A DNA stretch of 62,935 nucleotides, counting the filler, from Craspedostauros australis (taxonomy: Eukaryota): assembly GCA_030167865.1 (NCBI GenBank). It is 12 parts of 12 records of this genome, joined end to end, with 100 filler letters (N's around TTAATTAATTAA, not from the genome) between each part and the next. Parts side by side here need not be neighbours in the genome. Positions count along the whole stretch, not along the records: positions 26,630 to 52,813 come from JALAGF010002743.1; positions 52,914 to 55,672 come from JALAGF010002744.1; positions 55,773 to 58,319 come from JALAGF010002745.1; positions 58,420 to 59,801 come from JALAGF010002746.1; 8 more parts are not named here. One strand, given 5' to 3'. Made by a program: the position numbers and the translations under genes. Under the pieces are notes generated by a model that was not told the origin of the DNA, made no database searches, and saw only the letters and a program-made list of their open reading frames with translations. Positions 47,765 to 59,901 of the stretch are shown piece after piece (positions within the stretch are counted from its first letter, which is position 1; every line of letters begins with the position of its first letter).

Positions 47765-50050
47765 TCAAATCTCAAAGTCCTTCAATTTTCTCCCAAAAGT
47801 CTCCATGATGCCCAGATGCTGGCTCAGACCGGAACCGAGGTTGGAATTGCCCGAGGACAGCGAGTCCCCCACCCGAAGCAACGGCGCGCCCCCGATCCTT
47901 CCGTCTGTCGTTGCAGACATTGGAACAACGACGTCGTTGTAGATGTACGGCGTGAATGTGTATAGAGATGACACTGGGTGCGTCATCCCGGAATGGCTGG
48001 CAAAGAACACCACCGTGTAGGCCATGTTGTTCTTCTTGAATGCCTCCTTGGTCACCATGAATGTTAATGGGAGGCCCCGGACGGGTTCGGCCTTGCTGTT
48101 CAGCTCGTGGTAGATGTAGGCCATGAGGTCAAACTGATCGGCAGTCAGCGCGATCATCGCACTCATGGTCGAGACGTATGGCCAGGTGGTCTTTATTGCC
48201 TCGAAAATGTCGGGACGGTACCCGATGGAAGAGTCCCATCCAAAGGCGAGTGCGCAGTAATCATCGCAGAGGAAATCTTCAACGATGCCGCAAACATCTT
48301 CACCACAGAGAGGGTGGTCGGACTGCATGACGTCCCTCATGTGATTCTGCCACCCATCGAACATACCGCGAACGCGTCTCGAATATCTGAAATTGACGAA
48401 TTCCATCGTGCGCAGTCGGAAGGAATGGCCTTGCGGGGTGACGGGATACATGATGGTGCCTTGCGCCGTCGTCTGAGTGGCGACCTTCGCCAGGAAGTTG
48501 CGATCTCTGAGGACTGGATAATCTTTCTTCTCCATGAAAAACCACGGGTAACGCTGAGCTTTGTCGACGACGCTCAGGTCCGGTGACCAATCCGACACGG
48601 TGACCGACTGGCTCTCGCTGCTGAAACTTGGCATGCGATCGAAGAATGAAGAGGTGGACGACGCGGCCGTCTTTCCGGTTCTCTCCATCTTCTCGAGTCG
48701 ATGGCCTGACGCATCAAAGACGACGAGGTTGGGGACCTGCCCGAGAAGATGCCGGTGCGTCTTGATGTTCTCGTAGATGAACTTGACACCCAAATTGCGG
48801 TTCGAAATGAGCAACAGCGTCTCAATCATCATGAGCGGGAGGTTCACCTTGCGGCGCGCCGAGTCATGAAAGATGTCGAACTCTTCGTCATAGTTGCGGA
48901 CCTTCGTCGCGTTGTTCTTGCGCGGCTTCTCGTCATCTCGAACGATGATCTGATCAAAGAATTCGACAACGCGTGGATCGCCCCTTCGGAATGCATCGAA
49001 CGATATGTGCGTGCACCAGTCTCTCGAGTACTCCTTCTTGCGACCCGGGTGATCGACTCGCTTCTCGAACATGAGGATGCGAATGGAATCTCTCGTCTTG
49101 AGATGGTTGAGGATGTTTGCGAGCTGCAATCCGACTGGCCCAGCGCCGATGATGACAATGTTCAATGTGTCATCTGTAAAATGCTGCTGAATCACTTGTT
49201 CCACCGTGTACTGTCGGACCGGCTCTGCCGGAGGCGCCGTTGATTCAGCTTCGTTGGTGCCAACCCAGTCGTCGGCGATATCCAGTGGGATCTTCTCGGA
49301 CCGCTTTCCATCCGGCGGACCATTGCAAACGTAACGCGAATCCAGTCGCACCGTGCAACGAGGTCCTTCGATGAGTTCTATGATCGTTCCCCAACATTGG
49401 TGCATGAAATTGGAATCCTTGACTGCATGGATGGATCGTGAGCACCTCTCATTGATGATTTGGAAGTACCTGTTGATGGACTCCTCCTTATCCCATATCA
49501 CCGGCTCCATCGGCAGATCTCTTTTCGTCACGTTCCTCGCCATCATCTCGGCGTAGTCGCTGAGCTGATGCAGGTACGGAAACCGTTCGAACATGCGATC
49601 GCCCTCCTGCTGCATCGCAACCTCGTCATCGGTTCTCACGTCCATGTCAGTCGCAATGATCCGATTCCACGACTGCGTGTGAATGTGGATCGATGGTGCT
49701 GCGGATTGGCGGTACAGCTTGACGAAATCATCGATGATCTTGGGCCAGTCCTTGCCTGGTGTGTTTCCGAAGATCCTTGGAACATCGGCTGTCTTCGTTG
49801 CATGCTGCTTTGGATCGCGAATGCCGTGTCGTTGTATTCTCGCATCGTCTCTCGTTTGGATCAACTCTGCATCAGCTGTCGCCGAGGACCTCACGGAAGA
49901 GTACTGGGCAAGCTCGGTGGCCTGCTGAGCAGCAGAGTAGGAAGTAATCAGAACGCGCACTGCTCCCATCGCGACCATGAATATCACCCACTTCATCCAC
50001 CAACGTCGCTGCTTCCGTCGGCCAGAGCGCCTCTCGAAAGAAGCCTTCAT
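47765..50050 (-). CDS. Membrane-anchored FAD-dependent oxidoreductase/monooxygenase-like protein, ~761 aa
   Basis: Basic N-terminus plus one hydrophobic helix (WVIFMVAMGAVRVLI), Rossmann motif IVIIGAGPVGL...LMFEKR, VFDASG (DG-like) and C-terminal LLRVGDS...GSGL (GD motif). ATG at 50050 chosen within the 853-codon frame. Confidence 0.8.
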   Translation of the reverse strand: MKASFERRSGRRKQRRWWMKWVIFMVAMGAVRVLITSYSAAQQATELAQYSSVRSSATADAELIQTRDDARIQRHGIRDPKQHATKTADVPRIFGNTPGKDWPKIIDDFVKLYRQSAAPSIHIHTQSWNRIIATDMDVRTDDEVAMQQEGDRMFERFPYLHQLSDYAEMMARNVTKRDLPMEPVIWDKEESINRYFQIINERCSRSIHAVKDSNFMHQCWGTIIELIEGPRCTVRLDSRYVCNGPPDGKRSEKIPLDIADDWVGTNEAESTAPPAEPVRQYTVEQVIQQHFTDDTLNIVIIGAGPVGLQLANILNHLKTRDSIRILMFEKRVDHPGRKKEYSRDWCTHISFDAFRRGDPRVVEFFDQIIVRDDEKPRKNNATKVRNYDEEFDIFHDSARRKVNLPLMMIETLLLISNRNLGVKFIYENIKTHRHLLGQVPNLVVFDASGHRLEKMERTGKTAASSTSSFFDRMPSFSSESQSVTVSDWSPDLSVVDKAQRYPWFFMEKKDYPVLRDRNFLAKVATQTTAQGTIMYPVTPQGHSFRLRTMEFVNFRYSRRVRGMFDGWQNHMRDVMQSDHPLCGEDVCGIVEDFLCDDYCALAFGWDSSIGYRPDIFEAIKTTWPYVSTMSAMIALTADQFDLMAYIYHELNSKAEPVRGLPLTFMVTKEAFKKNNMAYTVVFFASHSGMTHPVSSLYTFTPYIYNDVVVPMSATTDGRIGGAPLLRVGDSLSSGNSNLGSGLSQHLGIMETFGRKLKDFEI

Positions 50051-52609
50051 CGTCAGATGCGAAGTGGTCGAGAGCGTGTGATTGAGGATGGAAGAGATGC
50101 TCGCAGCAGTGATGGCGCTGTTGGTGATCAGATGCACGAGGAGTAGTGGCGGAGTCCGCTGGGGTAGCGCTTGTGTCATGTTATTGGAGCCGACCCAGAT
50201 CGCGCAATCGCGTGATGTGGCCGGTTCTTCAAAAACAGAGAGAAGATGCCCGTTGGAATAGAGTGAGCTCTTTTGCCAATCCAGATTGTCCATTTGGACC
50301 CCCAAATTAGCGTAGTTCTTCACCAACTTTAACGCGATTTTTGTTAGCTCTTGCCCCAGTATGGTCTAGCGAGGCTCTAGAGAAAGAGGAGACTTCGTTG
50401 ATGGCTCGTTTCGTCAGATTGCTGGAGGCTACACATGGTCAACATCTCTACTCCACTCTGCTCTCGCCTAATACCTCTTCCGACAAGCGGTCTATCGCCC
50501 ACGGCCTGCCTCCAAGTCTTTCTTCCTCTGTCGGTCCAGAGAGAATGGAGCATCACGAAAACTTGTCAGTCTCGCAAGTTGGTGCGTCAATGCAGCACCT
50601 CGCACATACTGCAATGGTCCATAGCAATATAGAATATTACATAATGCAATAGAGATTTGATGATTCGGACTCCACTTCTCGCTCTGGAGAGCTATCGCAC
50701 ATGCGCGGCATACTGTAGTGCCAGGGGATGCGTCACATTGATTGCCCGCCATACGCTCAGGCAGTGGTTCGGCGTGTTTGTGTCCACTGGATGACCACAT
50801 GTGCAACAAGATGCAAAGCAGGCGCACCAATGGTCGCAGAATGCAGATGTGGCCTCTTTCTGGGGAGCACGGAATGCCTTGAAATATAAGTTGGGTAGAG
50901 TCTGTTCGTGCTGCTGCTTTCGCTGCCATCTTCATGGATACCAAGGAGAAGGCCATCACCATGAAGGACGCGGTCGTCAAAAAGAGTGGAGCAAAGTCAA
51001 AGCTTCCATTGGCGCACCATCTCGCAACAGAACCGGCCAAGGAGTGGGGACTGCACATGCCAGTTGGTTGTCCGGATACTGCCCAACCCGGTGTGTGTTT
51101 CGGAACTGGGCCTGTTTGTGGTAGTCAGCAACACGAATTTGTTCTTCGAGGTGACACAGTCGGCGCCGTTCAGCCGTCCGAACATCGAGGAGTTGGTTGG
51201 CGGTCTCTCGTGGGCTTGCTTGAACTACTACCCAGCTTGCGATCAGATGTGCTGAACAGCACTGAATTGAAGACATGGGTGGGCCCCAGACGTTGCATGC
51301 CGATGCGCGGGTATTTGGATCCTGATGCCGCAACGGATGGATTGAACAAGATGCAGGTGTGCACAATGCAGTTGACTAAGTGCTCCTGCATCCGTAGGTT
51401 GCATGTGTGCCATAGAATATTAGCACATAGACGACGGGATGTATGAATGAACAGACTGCCGGATGAGGCAGCGTAGGAATGACGCAATGGGACGACGACG
51501 TAACAAATGAAGTACCATAAGAAACAATAACAGATATAGAGCATAGCACAATATAACAGTACGGATTATGCAATGTGTGGATTGGATTACCGTGCCGATA
51601 CTCAGATGCCTGCGAAAAGCGTGACGTCTCCAAACAAAGAGAGAAAGAAAGAAGAAGATGTCTAGGTCGTATTCGGCTAGACGGACCACAGTATCGAATG
51701 GTCTCAGCAACTGCAAGAAACACGCAATTACCGCAACTCCGTGTATCCTCTTCTTTCCCGTCACCATGTTGTTTCGTTTGAGAATCCTCGGTCCCGACCA
51801 GACACACATTGAAGTGTTCGGCAGGTACCCGCGATCAAGATGGTGTGGTGATCTCCGATGCGCAGCGAAGTGCGTCTCTAACGACGCATCGAGACTCTCA
51901 TGGGACAAGGGCAAGATCAAAAGCAAGATCAAAGTCAAGTGCAAAGGCATAGAGAGGGGCATGGGCTGGGGTGGGCCAATGTCATTTTTGATTGGGTGAA
52001 GGTCCAGCAGTACCATGGGCAATGTTGCAAACGATCAAAACGTGATGTGGATGTATCCATCCTGCATCCTGCATGCAGAGGGCAGTCGGTGGTTTCCGAT
52101 GCTTCATTTCCAACTCGGAGATACGAACAGACATCAATCGCAGTCGAGATTGCGAGCATTTCAAGACTGTGCGAAGCATGGTGTTCCAAATACCATACGA
52201 CTACACATGCTCCCTCTTCAGCCACAGGTTCATTCTACTTGATACTCTCATCAGTTGGCAATCGCATTCACACGTCGTTTCTGAGTAAAGACGAGCTGAA
52301 AGAAACAAGGGATGAAAGAGGGATCCATCACTTGACGGAATGGCACGAACCAGGCAGAACCACGAACGGCACCAAACATGGGCTGCACCACTTCAACAGA
52401 CGAGGCCTTGCTCTTTGGCATCGTTTGGAGGCAACACTGGAGGCAACACTGGAGGCAACGCTGGAGGCAAAAGGATTGTTACCACTGCTCTTTCCCACAA
52501 AATCAACACACTCCAATTCGAATAGGAAAGAAAAGCAACAACAACATCACCACCAACAGCAACAACAATCTCCATCACTCAATCACAGAAGCACAACACG
52601 AACATCAAG

Positions 52610-52813
52610 ATGATCGACACCAAGACAATCATCATCACCACTCTCCTTGTCGCCTTCATGACAATAGCAGAAGCGCGCCTCTCTGGAGATGACACTGCAG
52701 ACACAGTCGGTGAGATGCACCTGGCGTTGCAAGCTACTCGCACCCTCAAGGCTGCTTTCGGCGCCGGCAACAACAAGGGAGCCAAAACAAACAAGAACGG
52801 CTTCTTGGAACCC
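52610..52813 (+). CDS. N-terminus of a putative secreted protein (cut by the contig end)
   Basis: MIDTKTIIITTLLVAFMTIAEA-R looks like a signal peptide; CAA-rich leader upstream; frame open to the gap. Confidence 0.55.
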
Positions 52814-53667
52814 NNNNNNNNNNNNNNNNNNNNNNNNNNNNNNNNNNNNNNNNNNNNTTAATTAATTAANNNNNNNNNNNNNNNNNNNNNNNNNNNNNNN
52901 NNNNNNNNNNNNNGTGGTTGCCATGATCACACAGCTGTCCATTGATGAAGGCTTCTTCCAGCCTTTCCAAGTCAGTTACTAGAGAGACAGACTAAGCAAG
53001 TAGAGCAGAGCAGAGTAATTGGTTGTACACGTATGAACAATGCATCGCGCAGGAGACCCATTTTGCCTGTCGTTGTTGTCATTTTTTGTTTGTGTGGTTG
53101 CCAATTCGAATGAATCCCGTTGGGTCTTTGTTTTTAGACCTGAGGGAAATTATCTATATTACCATGGCTCCAGGTGGCGCCAAACAACGAATTTCGGTTG
53201 TTGTGCTTCTTTTACCATCGACATCTCACATGCACGACTCACAGATCGTAGGTACGATTGGTTGCACGCAGTCTGGACATCACACGATGAGAACAGTGTG
53301 CGATTGTCCGCCCTCAATTTTGGCTTCTCTTGTGTGTGACAAAAACGACCACGAACGGCCAAAACGACATCGTTGGTGGTGGTGACGATGATGACGGAGG
53401 GAGCAATGACCCTCCGTATCGCACAAACCACCACGACAAACGTGTTCTGTGTTCTGTGGTTGTGAGAAAACGGATCCACCAACAACAGCGAGAGCACGAC
53501 GCACACGCACACGCACACGCACGCTGGATCTGTCCTCACCCAACACCACCCAAACCAATCAAGCGATCAAGCAATCAAATCGACAGCAACACCAAACAGC
53601 ACACAAAAACAAACTTGGCATTCCCAAATCCTCTTCACGACCGTCAACGAATCCTTTTCTTGCAATC

Positions 53668-55115
53668 ATGGAGCGCACATGTGAGTGAGATTGGAGCTCT
53701 TCCTCTGTCTCCGGGCACATCTCATCCAGATGAGGCTGTGAGCGACGACTCGACGAAGATCGTCGTGAATTCGGCATCGCGTTGTTTGGAGCCTGTGATG
53801 TGTACCATGATAGAGCAGTATAATATAACACCATAATACTTTGGTATCGCACAATTGGCAATTGACTGGAGTACTGCATGTTTACTCACACCGTCTTCAT
53901 TCTTCGTTGTCTTCCTCGTTCTCTGTCTCTCTCTCGTATTGGTACTTCGTTCCGCCACCTGCCACAATTCGGCGATCTGCTGTTCCAACCATGATCTTTT
54001 GCATTGGCAGACATCATGGTGAGTTGTTCGGCGAGTGATCGGGTGGCTGGTTGTCTATTATATTATATTATATTATAGAATATGATTTTTGATGAGCGCA
54101 TCTGGAGGACACAGCGAGAGACAGAGATGGAGAAAGAGCAGAGCAAGCAACTGTTGCGGCGCACGGACAGGTGGCCAAGCACAGGCAACTGCCACGGAAG
54201 ACCGATGTTCCGCCACAAGTCAGCATCGAGCGTCTCCATCAAACAGTCGGCCACAACGGGGAGTCAGAATGTTGTCCCACTTCTCGGAAGCGTCCATTCC
54301 CATCAAAGTCGGTGGTCGGGAGAGGTCCATGTCCAACTCTTTTCTTGACCTTGCGGATGGAGCTGTTGTCGCGAGACACCGAATGGCCCCCACCATACCA
54401 ACCGTTCGTATGCATCGACACAACCTGCCCGAGGTTTGAGACGCGCAACGTACAGATACTGTACACAAGTCTCTTTCTCTCTTGGAGATGCATCCAGGCG
54501 CTGCATCGGCATGCTGAGGCCATGCAATTGCATATCACTCGGGCACGACGAGCGCACTTTACTCGTACCAACCTCTCCTCCGTTTTCTTCCTCCATTGTC
54601 ATTGTGCCCCACCCATGCAAAAATGCACAACATCTGCATTCACCCCAATGTTCATACTACTCGCACGTACTACATGAACCAACTCACAGATCAAGCCAGA
54701 CGGCGTCCAGCGTGGAATCGTCGGAGAAATCATCAAAAGATTCGAGCAGAAGGGATACAAGCTCGTCGCCATGAAGCTCACCACCCCAACCAAGGAGCAC
54801 ATGGAGACACACTACGAGGACCTCAAGACCAAGAAGTTCTTCCCAGGTCTCATCTCTTACATGACCTCCGGACCTGTCGTCGCCATGGTCTGGGAGGGCA
54901 AGAACGCCTGCGCTGAGGGCCGCAAGATGCTCGGTGCCACCATGCCATCGGATTCCGCCATGGGAACCATCCGCGGAGACTTCTGCATCGAGGTCGGACG
55001 CAACATCTGCCACGGAAGCGACTCCGTCGACTCCGCCAACAAGGAGATCGCGCACTGGTTCCCAGAGGGTCTCTGCGAGTGGGACAGCTGCGAGTCCAAG
55101 TGGATCTACGAGTAA
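53668..55115 (+). CDS. NDK: Nucleoside diphosphate kinase, 148 aa; coding exons 53668-53680, 54011-54018, 54690-55115
   Basis: Splicing at GTGAGT...CAG twice gives [16 protein letters not shown]...[11 protein letters not shown]...GTIRGDF...[10 protein letters not shown], the canonical NDK with its catalytic His. Confidence 0.95.
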
Positions 55116-55388
55116 GCACAGACTGCGCTTGTGGACCAGTCTGTACAAAGCGTATTGGTAGAGTAGAGTACTCACGGCGATACTCTACTCTGACGTAGGT
55201 CGTATAATACAATGCAGCAAGTTGGATACTCGTAGAGAGCTCCGTAAACATGTGCTTGTGCCTTGCATTGGTCTGCGATTGTGGAGAGAATTGTATGATA
55301 GTAGAGGCCTATCGCATTTCACATTGGGAGTCCCACGGTACAAAATAACCTGATAATGACATTTTTAGAGGGGCAACATGCGAACTTC

Positions 55389-55672
55389 TGTTGGAAATCC
55401 GGGGTTATAGTAGTAGACTAATCTGTTATCAGTCTGTACCGTTTTAGAACTGTGAGCACAACATGCTCATCTCCTTTCGATTCCAGTTTCACAACAAGCA
55501 TGATCTGCAGTAGCCACTCGAGGTCTCACCCTTTAGCTTGGCTTCTTTCGTCTGCATCTTCATCTTGCTTTCATCGTGGTTCATCGCATGTTTAGCTGAG
55601 AGTTGGAGAGTACCTACATTCGTCAAGTTCATACTCGTAGACCTGTAGGTACCTCTCCTTCGGTCTCCTGTC
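55389..55672. mobile_element. LTR-like family copy (diverged, cut by the contig end)
   Basis: Begins TGTTGGAAATCCGGGGTTA and shares GTAC..T.T.AGAACTGTGAGC with the 59493 copy and the reverse complement of the 61505 end. Confidence 0.75.
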
Positions 55673-55795
55673 NNNNNNNNNNNNNNNNNNNNNNNNNNNN
55701 NNNNNNNNNNNNNNNNTTAATTAATTAANNNNNNNNNNNNNNNNNNNNNNNNNNNNNNNNNNNNNNNNNNNNACTCCATGAAGGAAACTCTCCCA

Positions 55796-55912
55796 TGGTA
55801 CTGGAGCTACGCAAACCCTACGCCCGTTTTCTGACAGCAACCCAACAAAAGGGCCCCCTCCTGTGGTACTTGGGCTACGCAAACCCTACGACCTTTTTCC
55901 AGGGCAACCCAC
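55796..55912 (+). repeat. Two imperfect direct repeats, ~68-bp period
   Basis: TGGTACT.G.GCTACGCAAACCCTACG...GCAACCCA at 55796 and 55864. Confidence 0.8.
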
Positions 55913-57810
55913 ACAGGGTGTCACACCAACAAGAATAATTGCACTAATCTCATAATCCGCACGTTTCTTCACCATCTACCAGTATTCTCAATTGACTACT
56001 TGTGGAACAGAAGACTCTCGTCCGGATCGCTTGCCAGTCAAGCCTCTGCCTACAGCTAAAGAACAGCCAACAAGACAACAGCCATTACGTTTGGGCTCTA
56101 TTAAAGTGTCCATGGTTGCTGCTGCGTTGTTCACAAGCGGCCGCTGTGACATGCGTGATGCAAGCATGACAGTTGTACTTCCTTCGCGCGACCACAAATA
56201 CAGAGATTTTTCCGAAGTGGTGAACACAACACACACACAACACACCGCAACCATTGCCCATCTTCTCTGCCGATCAACCACGACGCAGACAATCAGGCAT
56301 GGAACGCAGGGACGACGACAGAATTCGCTATCGCACACAAATTGCTTGCAACTTTTGTATTCTTATAGTACTGCACTATTGTACGGTGATAATCGCCTCT
56401 GCTCCACTGTACTTCACTCTACTATTTTGGCTCCATTCTCAAGCTGGCAGCTCGCGACGATCCTCAGCCTATCCCTCTCACTGATTGTATTCCGTGTGGA
56501 AGGCAAGGATTGCAACACTCGAGCAAAACTGTCACATTCAACGCGCCCACCCCACAGATCAACAGATGCAAGAAACGTCCAGCGTACCACCCAATGTGAT
56601 CGCGGCGGCCAAAAAGCTGTTGCGGCTAGCAGTTGTCCGCCCCTGACTTTACCTCCTGTGCAAAAGTAGGCACGAAACCCTGCGACTGATTTGCGCCAGC
56701 ACTGGTCGTTCGAGTCTCGGCGGAATGGCTTGGCAGTGGAACCCATTCTCGTGTTGTTTGTCTCTACTCGATCCCTCAAAATGACAAATTCAACGTCTGT
56801 CCCACCACCAGGCTCGGAATCTAGAAAACGTGCTCTGACGCCAGATCATGCAAACGGAACCAAGGAATTGGAAAAAATGTGGTCATTTGGTTCCTTCTTC
56901 CTGCCAAAATTGTGTTGCGATTTGCACAATGATGGCTGCCACAACAGGAAAGGTCAAAATCAACCGACAACGACACAAAACACAACAAAGGAAACAACAC
57001 TGCTGCCACCAGTCTCTTTCCGCATCGTGCCATCAGCTCAGCAGATGAACATGACATCCCATGTTGAAGGGGAGCAACGCAGGTTGCGCAGGACTTTGTC
57101 GAACATTCACAAACTAAGCCAAGTATTATTTAGTATTGTATTTTGTTGTGCATAGCAAAGGATAAGTCACTGCCCTCCAATACATTACATAATATTATGT
57201 TGTGTGGTATTTGCAAGTGTTGTTGTTGCAGCTGATGCGCAGGGAGGCTGCCGACGCTGTGCTGTTTGGCACGACACGCCCAAAGGAGGAAACCCCAAAC
57301 CGAGCCAAATCACCAACAACGCGAGGAATCAACACAACACCGAATTTGCCACAACGTCACCATCCACCCCCTTGGATGTCATCGCCGTCCGAAATCGACC
57401 GTCAAAAACGTCATCATTTCCGTCCACGCTGAAGACAAGTCGGCCAGGCATTTATATCGTAGAAGCTAGCTAGATTTATCTAACCCTAATGTACAAGACG
57501 AAAAATCATGTTCTAAAAATATCACGTTTCAATATCTCAAATCCGCAGGATACTACACGACTTCGCTGAATGGGGTCTTAAGGTAACTGGATTGAGGAGT
57601 CCACTTACGAAAACGCCCACACAAAAAATTCCTTACGGATATGCAGCAATCTACCCACAGGATGGGTAAGTATGCGACGCGGACGATGGACTTGTTGCGG
57701 ATGCACTTTCCGAATGAGCGGAAGGGGAATACGCGACATCAACGCAGATTTTGCACTCACTGCCATGTCCCGCTCATCTCGAGCAGAGCTGGTGAAGTGC
57801 GCACCGGGGT

Positions 57811-58319
57811 TGTTGGAAATCCGGGGTACCCCAGTCTCTAGTTATAGTCTCTGGTTACCTATTCCTGTTGTTGCATTGTTGGAACTGTGAGTACAACATC
57901 TTCATCACTTTCAATTCCATTTGCCAAAGCATACATANNNNNNNNNNNNNNNNNNNNNNNNNNNNNNNNNNNNNNNNNNNNNNNNNNNNTTCATCATGTC
58001 ATGCAGCATGTACTCCATGTACATCTCATCTTGCAGTATTGGTTCATCTCATCATGCATCTCATCATGCATCTCATCATACATCTCAGATATTCCATCTC
58101 CTGCCCTCTACCAATAGTTTCGTTAGCGTAGACATCACTGAGTCGTAGGCATCACACAAATCGGCTCATTCGATCAGATCAGGGTTTCCCATTCGTCACG
58201 GGAACACCTTGGTTGGGAGCTCATTCAGCTCCTCGACCATCCCACATCTCCGATCGACTCCGATCGTTTCTCTCCAATCGTTTCTCTCCGATCGTTTCTC
58301 TCCAATCGTTTCTCTCCGA
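57811..58319. mobile_element. LTR-like family copy (diverged, cut by the contig end) with a 14-bp tandem repeat
   Basis: Begins TGTTGGAAATCCGGGGT, contains GAACTGTGAG and CATGCATCTCATCAT like the other copies, and ends in (ATCGTTTCTCTCCR)4. Confidence 0.65.
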
Positions 58320-58419
58320 NNNNNNNNNNNNNNNNNNNNNNNNNNNNNNNNNNNNNNNNNNNNTTAATTAATTAANNNNNNNNNNNNNNNNNNNNNNNNN
58401 NNNNNNNNNNNNNNNNNNN

Positions 58420-59492
58420 CATAGTTTCGAATGACCTCTTTCGCAAGATTGGGACAGTACCTTGCTTCATCAATGGCAAACACTATCCGAATCCTGTCGT
58501 CCTCCACCTTCGGGTCTTCTTCGTTTCCAGTCGTGTTGCCTTTATCGTCTCTCAGGCGTTGCTTCTTCGCATCGAGTGCACGCAACCGCTGCTGCACCGT
58601 GTTTACGATCGTTGATAGCACCTCGCCGTTCTTTTTGAAGAAGTGATCATCCATACATTTCTTCAAATAAGCCCGGCTCTGATTCGTCCGAGCTTCGCTT
58701 GCTTGCGCCGTCGCTACGTCATTCTCTGCGACGTACATCAGAGTGATGACAGCATCTCTTGACTCTGCACTTGTGGCCAAATCGACTGTCTTGCCTGTGC
58801 CGCTGCCGGAAAAGAAGACACGGACAATGCTGGATGCTGCCGGTTCCCTATATTGGGTGAGATGCACTCTTTGGGGGATTCCATGTTTGTCGCCCATATG
58901 TCGGAAATTGCATTCGCCGACGTAGTATGCTACTTTTGTGGCAGTGCCATATTTCATGCGGCGAAGAAAATGCGTTGTGCCTTCCCGTACAGCGGTGAAG
59001 AGCCTCTCGAGGCTCTCCAGTACCGATTCGCGGAGATCCACTTTTGGGTTATCGAGTCCACCGAGACCCTTGATCGACTTCCATGCGAATAGTGCGTTGC
59101 CCTCATTGCCATCGTTGTAGATCCATTGGGCGAGGAGGTTGTCTTTTTGAGACTCGGCGATGCCCCAACCGGCCGAGTTTACTCCCTCCTCCTTTTTGCC
59201 CTTCGTTTCCACCATTTCGATGATCTTCTTTCGGAAGTCCACCGTTCTGTTGAGCCATTTAAGCTCCCATGCGCTCATCTTTTCGTCATTTGAACCTGTT
59301 ACATTCATTTTGTTGATTGCGTCCTTGATGACGCTTTCGTCGGGCTTCGGCAACGTCTTCAGCATCTTGATGACATCGCCATCATCCTTGATGGTCCAGA
59401 AGTCGAAGGTCTTGAAGACAGAATCGTAGCTGGTCACATTGAGCGGCGCGTAACCACCGGTGGAGTCGGCCTCATCGGTGGAGGGTGCGGCC
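58420..59492 (-). CDS. Crinkler/RHS-like P-loop NTPase gene, upstream part (overlaps the next contig)
   Basis: Frame open from the LTR edge (59491) to the gap; Walker A-like SGSGTGKT and Walker B IVFAIDEA. 58420-59087 is the reverse complement of 59902-60569. Confidence 0.75.
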
Positions 59493-59801
59493 TGTTGGAA
59501 ATCCGGGGTTAGTGTTAGTAAGACCTAATTCGTTGTTAGACCGTACTATTCAGAACTGTGAGCTTATTCTCTTCAGCTCCTTTGCCTTTCGTTTCTCATG
59601 TAGCATCTCCTGCAGCAGCATCGAGTTAGACTGTTGTATTCATGCATCTCATCATCATGACTCAACGCTTGCATGCATGAGATCTCATCCGCAGGCATCC
59701 TTGTCATGCACATCGTTGTGCATATCCGTAGGCATTCTTGCCATGCACCTCGTCGTGCATATCCTTATTCTACATTCCCTGCGGTACGATTCCACAGTCT
59801 T
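59493..59801. mobile_element. LTR-like family copy abutting the NTPase ORF (cut by the contig end)
   Basis: Close but not identical to the reverse complement of ~61197-61505. Confidence 0.85.
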
Positions 59802-59901
59802 NNNNNNNNNNNNNNNNNNNNNNNNNNNNNNNNNNNNNNNNNNNNTTAATTAATTAANNNNNNNNNNNNNNNNNNNNNNNNNNNNNNNNNNNNNNNNNNN
59901 N

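Noticed and set aside
50860..51290. Possible pseudogene fragment (IFMDTK, nuclease-like DxK)
   Set aside because: Frames are broken and the motif is too short to support a call.
52427..52469. 12-bp tandem repeat GGAGGCAACACT x3; similar short tandems near 10890, 15960 and 18340
   Set aside because: Ordinary minisatellites without spacers; not CRISPR-like.
5057..59901. Recurring TTAATTAATTAA motif as a CRISPR-like or regulatory repeat
   Set aside because: Always centred in exactly 88 N; an artificial six-frame-stop linker. Gene neighbourhoods across linkers are meaningless.
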